A DNA stretch of 64,000 nt from NCBI RefSeq assembly GCF_009914755.1, contig NC_060930.1; one strand, 5' to 3'. Under the pieces are notes generated by a model. That model was given only the letters and a program-made list of their open reading frames with translations. It ran no database searches and had not been told where the DNA came from. Below are positions 46,211 through 60,078 of the stretch, in pieces (position 1 is the stretch's first letter; every line of letters begins with the position of its first letter). Origin of the DNA: the human T2T-CHM13v2.0 reference genome, Homo sapiens. The translations under genes were made by a program, and so were the position numbers.

Positions 46211-47609
46211 CCCAGCACCATTTTTTGAAGAAGCTATGTTTTCTCCATTGTATTGCCTTTGCTCCTTTGTCAAATATCAGTTGACTGTATTTATGTCAGT
46301 CTAGTTTTGTGCCCTCTATTCTGTTCCATTGATCTGTTTGTCTTTTCTTTCACCAGTACTATACTGTCTTTATTATTGTAGCTTTATAATATGTCTTAAA
46401 GTCAGGGAGTGTCAGCCCTTTTAATTTGTTCTTCTTGTTCAACATTGTGTTGGCTAGTCTGGGTCTTTTGTCTCTCCATAGAAACTTTAGAATCAGTTTG
46501 TCAATGTCTACAAAATGACTTGCCAGGATTTTGACTGCGATTGCATTGAATCTATAGATCAAGTTGGGAAGAACTGACATATTGACAATATTGAGTCTTC
46601 CTAGCCATGAAAATGGACGATCTCTTCATTTATTTAGTTTTTTGATTTCTTTCACTGAGTTTTATAGCTTTCCTCATCTAGATTTTATCCATATCTTGTT
46701 AGATTTATAACTAAATATTTAGTTTTTGGAGTGCTAATATAAATGATAATGTGTTTTCATTTCAGTTTCCAACCTTGTATCTTGCAACCCTACTATAATC
46801 ACTTATTAGTTCCTGGAGCTTTTTGTCAGCTCTTTAGGATTTTCTACATAGATAATCCTGTTATCTGGAAAGAGTTGTTTCTTCCGTCCCAATCTGTATG
46901 CTTTTAATTTCTTTTTCTTGTCTTATTGCATTAGCTGGGATGTTCTGTATGATACTGAAAAGCAGTAGTAAGAGGGGACATCCTTGCCTTCTTCCTCATC
47001 TTAGTGGGAAAACTCTTATCATAAAATATGATGTTAGCTGTAGGTTTCTTGTAGATATTCTTAGAAGTTTTCTTCTATTCCCAGTTTGCTAAGAATTTTT
47101 ATTATGAATGAGTGTTGGATTTTGCCAAATGCTTTTTCTGTATCTGCTGATATGTATTCTCTTTAGCTTGTATTTTATGTATCTTCTTTAGCTTGTGGTG
47201 TGATAGATTACATTGATTGATTTTCAAGGTAGTTGTCTTTTTAAATTTGACTTTTGTTCAAAATTCCTAAAAGTAATTACAAACATTGGTTCAGGAAGTT
47301 ACTTTGGAATGAAATGGTTACTAGCAGTTGTCCCATACCAGCTTTATAAAGTGATATGAACAAAGCTTTTTAAAAAATTACTCTATACACTTCTTCTTTT
47401 CATTATTCAGTATTTTTTAAACTTCCTAAAAGTAATCAAAAGACTTGTTAATCAACTGTTTTAAGTACAATAACATGAAAAAATGTTTTTCCTCATGGTT
47501 TATGCATTGCATCCTTTTACTTGTTTTTTAGCTAGGGTTAACTAATATATACTATAAATAAAGAAATAATTCTTCACAAACTAACACTCTGCACCATCTT
47601 TTATGCTAG

Positions 47610-47682
47610 CCTCCATGCATCCAGTTTTGAGTCATCTGATTCCAGGCCTATCTCTGGCACACGTCTTAGTCCACTAGAGCTG
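47610..47682 (+). CDS. ARMC2: ARMC2 second coding exon (73 nt; SLHASSFESSDSRPISGTRLSPLEL)
   Basis: Acceptor CATCTTTTATGCTAG|C and donor CTG|GTGAGT. Completes the split AG|C Ser codon and ends in phase 0. Too short for the ORF track. Confidence 0.92.
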
Positions 47683-49133
47683 GTGAGTACTTTGTATAAC
47701 CACCAGTAATTTATATTATGTTGTGAAATGAAATTGGCCAAAAACACTTGGAATCAGTACTTATATATGCTATGATAATTATCATGTACACCTAAATAGA
47801 CTAATAATTTAATATGAAAACAGATTCTTTTATATTGTTCAAATGTAATGGGTAATATCTAATGAAATACTTCTATAATTTACCTATAGTTTGATAATAA
47901 AGAAGAATTTTTAAAATATATAATAACTTGGTAAGCAATATTTCACAATATTTTTGCTTTCTTAGTTATACATATGTATTATTTTCTTAACAGTTATATA
48001 TACAAAAATTAGATGTATAATTTATATTAAAGTTATATATCTTATACATATATAAAAATCATATATATTTATATGTAGTCTCTCTATATATACATTTACA
48101 TATAAATATATGTATTCAAAGATTTATTACAAAAAAACTAACAAAAATCCAATGGTCTCCTGTCCCCTTGTTCTTCATTGTTCCCTCCTCAGTGGCTTTC
48201 ACTTTAAGCTCTTTCGACACATCCTTTTAGGATTTACATCCAGACTTCCCAATGCCACACTGTCTTGCTGCTTTCTGACTTATGAGCTTGAGGAATTATC
48301 TAATGACTTCTAAGGAAGATGAAGATTTAGTTTCTGTCTGTCTTTTTGCCTCTTATCACAATGCGTTCACCTTTTCTATCCCCACTATTACTCCCATATA
48401 GATATAACTTTGGTTAGATCTGTTTTCTCTGACTGTGATTACATAAACCCTGTTCATAGCTGAGACTTGAATTAATGATAAATTCTCCTTTCCTGTACCA
48501 CTTTTTGTTTTCCCTGGCATTAATAATTGCCTTACTTTTAAAGTTTTGTATTATTAGTATTTCAACCCCAAACTCTTCCCCAGTGGCCTTAATCACCTTC
48601 TATGTTCAGGCACATGAGGCATTCTATGGATTTACCTCCTTGGAGAACTCTTCACACGTCCTGCCCAACCACTTTCCCTGAGCACCTGGTGCACAGCTCT
48701 CCTGGGGTGCCCCTCACCATCCTCCTGGGGAGACGGCTTCTCCTTGTGCTGGCTTTTTCGTGGTTCTTATGTCTCAAGTCCTCTTTCTTGATTTACTGTG
48801 GATTTGGTAGAGCATTCCCTCCTATAGTTTCTTGAGAAAGGGTACATGGGAAGTAAATTATTTGAAACCTTGATTCCTGTTTTTTCTTCTCTGGAAGTTT
48901 GTAGGATGTTTCTCTTTGTTTCTAGTGTTCTGAAATTTAATAACAATGGTCCTTTGTGTGAGTCTATTTTTATCAATCATGCTGGGTACTTGAAGGGCCC
49001 TTTCAATGTGGAATTTCATGCCTTTCAGTAAACATGGATATTAATTGAATATTTAATATCATCATAGTGTCTTACCCACTTTTTTGTTCTGTTTGCTCTT
49101 TCTAGAATTTATTATTCAGATGTAGGACTTCCT

Positions 49134-49433
<300 letters not shown>

Positions 49434-49791
49434 GATGTAGGACTTTCTGGACTGACACTTCAGTTTTCTTATTTTCTCTCTTTTCTGTTTTACATCTTTT
49501 TGTGGAAGAGACTGTATTCTGATCCCTTTATTGAGTTTTTTTTTCATTTCTGCTGTCATATTTTTAATTTTCAAAAGTTTTTTTCCCTCTACATTATCTC
49601 TTTGTATAGTAGTCTGTTCTTATTTCATGGTTGTAGCATGTTATCTGAGTATATTAGTGGTAGTTTTGATTTTTTAACTAAGTTTTCTTCTCCCTTTATA
49701 GTCTCTGTTGCATTTTTGTCTCTGCTTTTTACACTAGAGACTTCCTCTGATGCCTCATGCTGTTTGTTTGGCTGTTCTTAAGAGTAGTGGC

Positions 49792-50092
49792 AGCCAGGCG
49801 CGGTGGCTCATGCCTGTAATCCCAGCACTTTGGGAGGTTGAGGCGGGTGGGTCACGAGGTCAGGAGACCGAGACCATCCTGCCTAACACGGTGAAACCCA
49901 GTCTCTACTAAAAATACAAAAAATTAGCCGAGTGTGGTGGCAGGTGCCTGTAGTCCCAGCTACTCAGGAGACTGAGGCAGGAGAATGGCTTGAACTGGGG
50001 AGGCGGAGCTTGCAGTGAGCCGAGTTCGCGCCACTGCACTCCAGCCTGGGCGACAGAGCAAGACTCCATCTCAAAAAAAAAAAAAAAAAAAA
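49792..50092 (+). mobile_element. AluY
   Basis: Full dimer, TSD AAGAGTAGTGGCA. Confidence 0.92.
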
Positions 50093-50667
50093 GAGTAGTG
50101 GCATGTGGATTGAGGTTGGTCAACCTATAGGTGGTATCTACCCACACCTGTAGTTAGGGGGATCTGACTGGGCTGTGTTGTTGATGACACCCCAGTGGCA
50201 GTATCTTTAGGACTTTTCTTATGGGCTAGTTATATTCTCTGTAAAGAAGTATCTTCCACGCTGTTTCCTGGATGTTAAAGTCTGGTTGCTAGCTTCCAGG
50301 TGCAGGAAGAAGGTGAGAATGCCCAGCATTTAGGATATAAATATTCAATTAACATCCATGTTTATAATAAGTACTCTGACCTCAACAATAAGGGTACTTA
50401 CAGTAATAGTACCCTTACTTATTGACCTCAATTAAGGAAGACCCTCTGTTTTACCTTCTTTAGAGAATAAACCCATCTTCTTCTGGCTTTGGTAGCCTGA
50501 CTGCATGGAGCTGGGAAGGATGGAATTACACAGAATTTCAGCTAATCCTCCTTACTTTAGCCACTCCTTCCCTTCTACCTCTGCTACCAAAAGTACTTGG
50601 TGATACCAGTTCCCTAGGCTTTATGAGATTGGTATGTTAGTCAAGCGCTTCTCAATTTCTGTTACTC

Positions 50668-50732
50668 TGTGTTTGTGTGTATGTGTGTTTGTATGTGTGT
50701 GTGCGTGCACACGCATGTGCTTGTATGTATGT
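50668..50732. repeat. Imperfect (TG)n alternating purine-pyrimidine tract
   Basis: TGTGTTTGTGTGTATGTGTG..GTGTGCGTGCACACGCATGTGC. Confidence 0.8.
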
Positions 50733-51473
50733 TTGTTTTGGATGAACCATTTGAAAGTAAGTTGCAGACATTGTGATACTTCATCCACAAAAATTTAAGT
50801 GTGCATCTCATATGAACAAGGACAGTCTCCTACATAACCATGATACCATCATCATAGCTCAGAAAATTAACATTACTCAGTAATATCATTTAATGTATAG
50901 TCCATGTCCAAATGACCCCAATTGCCTCAAAATGTATCTTATATTTTTAAAGTATTTATCAGAATGCCTCTGTGAGGAAGATTATACTTGTTCATGTATT
51001 GCAGATGACAAAAACAAGATCCCAAGATAGCAAGCACGAACCAATATTGCAAGAAATAATTTGCCAGCTATTGTTGACACATGGCTTGTTAACGTCTACA
51101 ACCTTGGGAACCACTTGGGTTTTGAGCCAGCTACAGCCTGAGGACCCAGTTCGGCAGCTCGGTGGCTCTACCTTATTGTAGAGTGGCTCTTTATTCTATG
51201 ATTCTGTTGTTTGACTCCTGTAAATTGCTTTTAATATTACTGTAGTTTTTTGGGGACTCACTCAGTTTGGGACTCAGTTTGGGTTTACCCTTCCCTTAAA
51301 AAGAATCTCATTTTCTAGAGATAACCTGGTCCTTGTCAAACTGGTACAGTTCTTGGACTGCAGAATTAGCTATTGGGCTAAGACAAGATAGGCATTTATC
51401 TGTTTAGGGTCATTGAACTTAAATTTCCATACCTCTGAATGGTTGGGTGCTATGTTCACAGTAAAAGTAGACG

Positions 51474-51798
<325 letters not shown>

Positions 51799-52542
51799 AG
51801 TAAAAGTAGTCTAAGAAGTTCCCATTTTAAGGAAAGTGACTGCTTAATTTGAGATTGTGGTCGTTGATGTTATTGTGGATTATGTGAGGGTCTTAAGTAC
51901 ATTTCATTTTAAATAGTAATTAAAATTTGGGGCCCCCAGTCAAAAAATTCTGAAAATGTCCCCATGCTACCTGACCTTCCACCTTTTTTCTTCTTTATCA
52001 CTTCATTTTTTTAAAGAACTCTTTGCCTCTGATAACCACTAAATTGGCAAAGGGCAGAGATAGGGGAAGGGAGAGGGAGTGGAGAGAAGGAGATAACTGG
52101 AGAGAGAGGGAGAGAGAGTGGCAGAGGAGTGTCTCACAGTTAAGGGACACATTTGCTGAAAGAGTTTGTGAGGACCTAACCAGTTGAATCTCAGTGCTTT
52201 TTGGATCTAGGACACTTTTCAGACCAGTTTGCCTTTTAACAAGTCCTCCACCAGCAGTCAGTCAGGGAACAGGGACTCAGACAGCAGCCTTTCAGCTCCT
52301 ACATTGAGCAGATTAGCTCAATGCTGCTTTTGTACAGCTGCCCTCTCTCTTTCTCCCCATCCTATCTGGCATGTGCTCCCCACTCACCCTCCAGCGGGCA
52401 ATGGGCTGCCCACACTCAGGACTGCCCAGTGCTTCTGAGAAGAGGAAGAGCTGACGCTTGTGGTTCCTGATTGCTCAGGCCCTGCCCTCCAGCCCGACTT
52501 GCCCAGGGGGTTCCTGTTAGCAGAAACACTCTGATTTGTAGG

Positions 52543-52792
52543 GTTTTGTTTGTTTGTTTGTTTTGTTTTTTCTGAGACAGAGTCTCGCTCTGTCACCCAG
52601 GCTGGAGTTCAATGACATGATCTTGGCTCAGTACAGGTGTGCACCACCACACCTGGCTAATTTTTGTAATTTTAGTAGAGATTGGGTTTCATCATGTTGG
52701 CCAGGCTGGTCTCAAACCCCTGGCCTCAAGTGATCCCCCCACCTTGGCCTCCTAGAGTGCTGGGACTACAGGCATGAACCACCATGTCCGCC
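52543..52792 (-). mobile_element. Alu with internal right-arm deletion
   Basis: TCTTGGCTCAGTACAGGTGTG junction and (GTTT)n tail. Confidence 0.85.
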
Positions 52793-53480
52793 TGATTTGT
52801 TGTCTTTCATTAACGTTTATATCTACCTGCTATATAGGTGTGCCAGTTTACGTCTTTTTTCCTTCTTAGCAGCTCCCAGCTGCTCCACAAGAGCACTGAG
52901 ACCTGGGGCAGTTGGGTGATAGTTACTCCATTTTTCTTCTACTCTAGTTAGATGGTGTTCAAATTTCGTTCACACAGAGATAACTGCTCTCTTGCTTTGA
53001 ATTGTATAAAGTCAGAAAAGAGGTGTGACCATGTGAATACACAGGAAGTGTTGTCTTTCATCATTATTTTAGTCAACAAAATAGAATTTTCTTGGTTTCC
53101 TAAACTTACCGAGTCCAGTGATGTAAACCCCAAATGTTTTCGTTCAACTTTTTATTGACACAGAAGAATTCAGCTTGATACATTTACACAAACTAAACAC
53201 ACTCAGTAACCAGCATTCAAAAGGAAAAAATAGATCACTGCCAACATCATCAAATTGATCATTTCTGGGCTCAGAATCCGCCACCATGGCCCCTCTCAGC
53301 CACTGCCTCCTCTGGGCAACTACCAGCCCCACTTCTAACAGCGTGGATTAGTTTGAGCCACATAACTGAGCTCCAGGTAATTGATAAGTGAAACAAAATT
53401 TAATATTTTTAAAAGAAAGGGACCTAGGAACTCATATAAACCTTGGGGATGGGCGATCCAGGGTAAGACAAGTAGAGTAG

Positions 53481-53956
<476 letters not shown>

Positions 53957-54408
53957 GGCTTGCGAGAATGTTTAATATTTGCTTTCTGACTTTCAAGGTG
54001 TCTTTTGTTGCGTGTGTGTGTTTGTGTGTGTGTGTTCTGCTGCTTTACAGATTAAATTGTGAGCACCTTTCTGGGGTGAGATGTCCTGAACTCCCTTTTC
54101 CAGTTGTCACATAGGATCGGGGGAGACCCTGTTGGGTGATCTGGAAGAGCCAGGGCAGAAATTGGCCAAGGTGACGGTGCTTGGAAGAATTGTGGTCAGC
54201 CTGATGGATACCTTAAACGTTCTATGTATTGTGTCTTCTTTGACGGGGTTGTCCTATGGAAATAGACTGTGTGTCCTCAATGGACTCTAACAGGTCCACC
54301 AGCCAGAACAGACCTTAAAATATGACTGTGTCTGTGTCCTTGATTATACTCAAGTCATGGGTTAGTGTCAGGAAACAAAATGTGAGGTAGTTAATATTCT
54401 CAAGTGAA

Positions 54409-54695
54409 TTTTTTTTTTTTTTTTTTTTGAGACAGAGTCTCCCTCTGTCACCTGGGCTGGAGTGCAGTGGTGCAACCTCCACCTCCCAGGTTCAAGCAAT
54501 TCTCCTGCCTCAGCCTCTTGAGTAGTTGGGACTACAGGCATGCACAACCATGCCTGGGTAATTTTTGTATTTTTAGTAGAGATGGGGTTTCATCATGTTG
54601 GCTAGGCTGGTCTTGAACTCCTGACCTCAGGTGATCCCCCCGCCTCAGCCTCCCAAAGTGCTGGGATTACAGGCATGAGCCACCGCACCTAGCCC
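54409..54695 (-). mobile_element. AluS
   Basis: Dimer with small deletion and poly(T). Confidence 0.9.
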
Positions 54696-55148
54696 TCAGG
54701 TGAAAATTTAAACTTACTTGCAACATTTTCTGATTTCTAAAATTATTCAAATTTTATAAGAGAAACATGTTTGCTGTTTTTCTTTATAAAAGTCATTTTA
54801 CTCCACAGCGTGAAAGAACATTTTGTAGAACTTGGCATAAAAGAAATTGCTGAGTCATTTAGTTGTTTTCTCTTAAAGAATTAAAAATGCTTTACATATG
54901 TCACTTTATATTCTAAGTAGTCCCATGAGATGCGTGTTTAAATGGGACACATAATTTATTAAATGTCAGTAGTAAAATGGAACCGAATTTTTATTATATA
55001 CAGTTACTAATTTTGCACTAAGAAAATAATGCCTTTTATTGAGGAGCATTTGTGGGACTTTGCTCTTGCCCTGCAGAGAAAATTCGGTGACTCTCTTTTG
55101 GGGAAATTTGCTTTCCAAACCATATTTTCACTCTTTATAAAATCTTTT

Positions 55149-55450
55149 GGCTGAGTGTGGTAGCTCATGCCTGTAATTCCAGCACTTTGGGAGGCCAAGG
55201 CAGGAGAGCTTTTGAGCTCAGGAGTTTGAGACCAGCCTGGGCCACATAGGGAGACCCTGTCTCTACAAAAAATAAAAAATTAGCTGGGTGTGGTGGTGCA
55301 TGCTTGTAGTCCCAGCTACTCAGGAGGCTGAGGCTGGAGAATTGCATGAGACCAGGAAGTCAAGGCTGTGGTGAGCCATGATCGTACCACTGCACTCCAG
55401 CCTGGGTGACAGAATGAGACCCTGTCTTAAAAAAAAAAAAAAAAAAAAAA
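55149..55450 (+). mobile_element. AluJ
   Basis: Full dimer with poly(A). Confidence 0.88.
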
Positions 55451-56896
55451 GATCTCTCATTTAGTACAGTTTGGGTGTCTGTAGAAGGAGCTGTTTACTT
55501 TGTCTGCATGATTGTTAGTTGACAGATTTCTTGATCTTTGTTTCAGTTTCAGGGTACCTGCAGAATACAGACATTTTGAGTTAAGAAAACCACACGTCTA
55601 TCTTCAAAATTGAGATTACCCTCTATATTTCATTTTTCATAATTGCACAGAAAACACCTATTTTCCTGTATTACAGTCTTAGCTTTTCTGTTCCTATTAG
55701 CTTCATGGCCTAAGTAACATTCCTATGATTATTTTGCAACAAAGTGGGGAGGCTAAAAAGTAAAGTGATTACTTGTTAAACAAATATAGTGCAACTTATG
55801 CAGACAAACAAGTGTTACCTCCTTCAGAACAGACCCCTCAGAATCCAATATCTTAATTCTAACAAGCCTGCGTCAGAGGCTAGGGCCTTGACTATGAGAG
55901 GAGTTAAAAGTAACTTGGAACCAAACCTGATAAATAAGGGGTGAGCAACTTACATGGGGAAGGGAACTGGCATTTCTTGAGCTTCCATAATAGGAATTGT
56001 GTTTATGGGAATGGCCCTGTAAGAAGGAGACTACTGTCTCTGTGTTATAGCTGGGCAGTTTCAGAGAAGTAAATGGCCTGCACAAGTTCACATAACTAGT
56101 GAGTGGGTCCTTCTCCAGGTCTCCAAAAGTGATTTATGCTTTCTTCCATATTATGATGATTATTTTATTTACTGTTTTTTTCTAACTGTGTTAGAAAAAT
56201 GTGTCTTTAATATCATAGAACAATTTTTTTGGTCTGGTTTATAAATCGATCCTAAATACAAATGAACAAGAGGAAATAAACATTTTGAAGAATGTCATCA
56301 TTATTGAAATGAACAACTTCTTGGAAGGAACACCCTAATATAGATGTCTATGTTCTATTCATGTATGTGGGAAAACAAGTGTTTGGGATTATGCGTCATA
56401 CGTGATAAATGACATCACCCAATTTTCCAAATTATATGACTTGAATTTCACACTGGATGTTTCAAAAATTTGTTGATTAACTTATTGGATAGTGACTCAC
56501 TCATTCACATGTTATAGAAGTGACTTTAGGAATGTTAACTTGATTATTTTTGGTTAGAGCTAAAAACACTTGCTGCCATAAGGTTGTTCTTTCATAGGCA
56601 AATAACTGTGCTGACATTGGAGGCAGGAAGGATAAGACCACCAGGCAACTGTAAAACTAGGAGCTGAGTCACCCTGTGAGGGTCTGGCATCAGGTCGGAG
56701 GCCACTCAGATTAGAGGGAGTTCTGGGTGGCACAGAACTTGGTGCAGGTGTTTTTTTTAAAGTTTTTAAGGAATTAGAATTTTGTTAGTAATGTTCCTCT
56801 ACTAAGAGTATCAGCATCGACACTTAAGAAAAGATGGGGGAAAAAATAGGGAGTATCAGCATAGAATTTCTGAGATGTAAAAAATAAAACATTTTC

Positions 56897-57372
<476 letters not shown>

Positions 57373-57619
57373 GAAACAAAACACTTTCATAAGTCCAAGA
57401 CAACTTTTTGCTTTTATGTTTTATGACTTTTCCACCTAACTTATTTAAAAATTTTGATATCATTAAAAAAATACATTTGTGGCATCCAAAATATGTAAAT
57501 GTACCACTTACATTCCACATAATTCTTGGTACATGTAGGTACTCAACAAATGTTTTCTGAACTGAATTGAACTCAGAAATTTTTAAAGCATGTTGAATAT
57601 GCTATATGTAATTTTGTAG

Positions 57620-57928
<309 letters not shown>

Positions 57929-58235
57929 AATTTTGTAGTCTTTTATACAGATAATATCTGTTTGCTAGCATGGGTAAACTGTTTTACTCAAGTATGGTAA
58001 TAGCACAGCAGAGTAGTTAATACAATATGATTAAGAAAAACAATTAAAAAGTGCTTTATGTATACATATATCACATTATGTAAGATGGGCCAGTGAGTTG
58101 GTAGAATCAGGAAGCCAAGATGAAGGCAGGCAGATAGGCCTTGTGCTCTTCTGGAAGGGTTGTGGCCAGCTCTGAGGTAAGTGTTATTTGAGACGCAGAA
58201 AGTCATTCCAGTTATTTAAAAAAATCTCTTTCCAG

Positions 58236-58407
58236 AAACCGAAAGTTCCAGCATCTCCCACCAGAGAGGAGGATTCCTGCTTTTCCTTTCCTAAGCCCCC
58301 AGTGGACCCTGCGAAGATTAGAAGAGTAAGCAACGCCAGGGCTCGCTTATTCAGGGCTGCCTCCCAGCGGGCCCTTCTGCCGGACAGATCCCTTCCTCCC
58401 TCCGACT
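58236..58407 (+). CDS. ARMC2: ARMC2 third coding exon (172 nt; KPKVPASPTREEDSCFSFPKPP...SLPPSD)
   Basis: Acceptor TCTCTTTCCAG|A and donor GACT|GTAAGG. In frame with the previous exon and within ORF 58188..58421. Codon 141 (CAG) lies at 58365-58367. Confidence 0.92.
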
Positions 58408-58637
58408 GTAAGGCCATGTAACATCCTGTAATCTCTGGGGACAGGCATGCTTCTTGAATTTGCACACAAAAGCTAATTTTATATGATTTTTCCTAACCCT
58501 GGATGATTTTTATATTAACTAAGATTAGTTAATATTGGGCAAAAGCTGGCTAAGAAACATTGTTCATATATTTTTCTGGGTGCTTATAAGGAATACCTAA
58601 ATATTACAGTTGGTAGGAAAAGGAAATTAGGATAAGT

Positions 58638-58955
<318 letters not shown>

Positions 58956-59887
58956 CTAGTGGATGGTTCATGTATATTAGAAATAAATGATTTTTAAATT
59001 AGAGTTCAAAAAGTTGTTAATTTTATTAGAAATTAATGAAAATGATAAGATTCTTATAATGCACATTAAGCTTATTTCTTTGAGAATGCCCTTCTGATCC
59101 CGTGTGAGCATGTAAGCAAAATTTGAATGGGACTTCTACTGCCTGAGAATTGCTGCCAGGCACCTAAACCTGGGAACAGAGAGGCTAAAGATCACAGCCT
59201 GAGGAGTCCCACCAACAATTGGAATCACTCCCCATCCAGGGCATACTAAGGGTTTCTCAAACTGTGGAAAAGGACCCAGAAGTGGGATGACAATCAATTT
59301 AGTGGATCACACCAGCATTTTTAAAAAATGAAGTAGAATAGAATATAATAGAAAATGTCAGAATACATGACACACGATAGGGGTAAGTATTGCTTCAAGA
59401 GACTTTACTTCGGTCTTCAGTGTGTGTTCAGGGTCATATTACAAACTGATTTCTGACTGTGTGTGGTCAAAAAAAGTGGAAACCACTTTACCAGGAGCTG
59501 ACAGAACTGGTTCTCCCTCCATCAACAAGATTTGATGAAGAGAGATAGGCTTACAGTCACAGAGAATTGGGGAGAGCCTGGAAGATACATACCAAAGATC
59601 ACAGCCCCCACCTGAGCATCATACTTGACAGACAAGTATTTTTTTTTAATTCATTTCCAACATTTAAAAGGTAGAAGAATCTCATGGAAGAATCCAGATT
59701 TATGACTTCTTGTGAAAAATCAGAAAATCTGGCAACACTGGGTCCCCATTCCATGCAGCCACAATGGGGCATGATCGGAGCTGAGTGGTACCTCCATTCT
59801 GTGGCCAGGATATGATCTGCAGTCACCATGTCCCCAGCCTGTGCCATTCACTTGCCTGTGTGGTCCCTGATGTGGCTGAAGAGTTAG

Positions 59888-60078
59888 AATAAAGGAGAAA
59901 AAGAAAGAAAGAGAGAGAGAAAGAGAGAGACAGAAAGAGAAAGGAAGGTAGGAAGGAAGGAAGGAAGAGAGGGAAGGAGAGAGGGAAGGAGGAAAGGAAA
60001 GAAAAAAGGAAAGAAGGAAAGAAAAAGAAGAGAGGGAGGGAGGAAGGAAGGAAGAAAAGAGAAGAGAAAAGACAAGAC
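59888..60078. repeat. Polypurine GA/GGAA/GAAA low-complexity tract
   Basis: About 190 nt almost exclusively G and A on the + strand. Confidence 0.9.
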
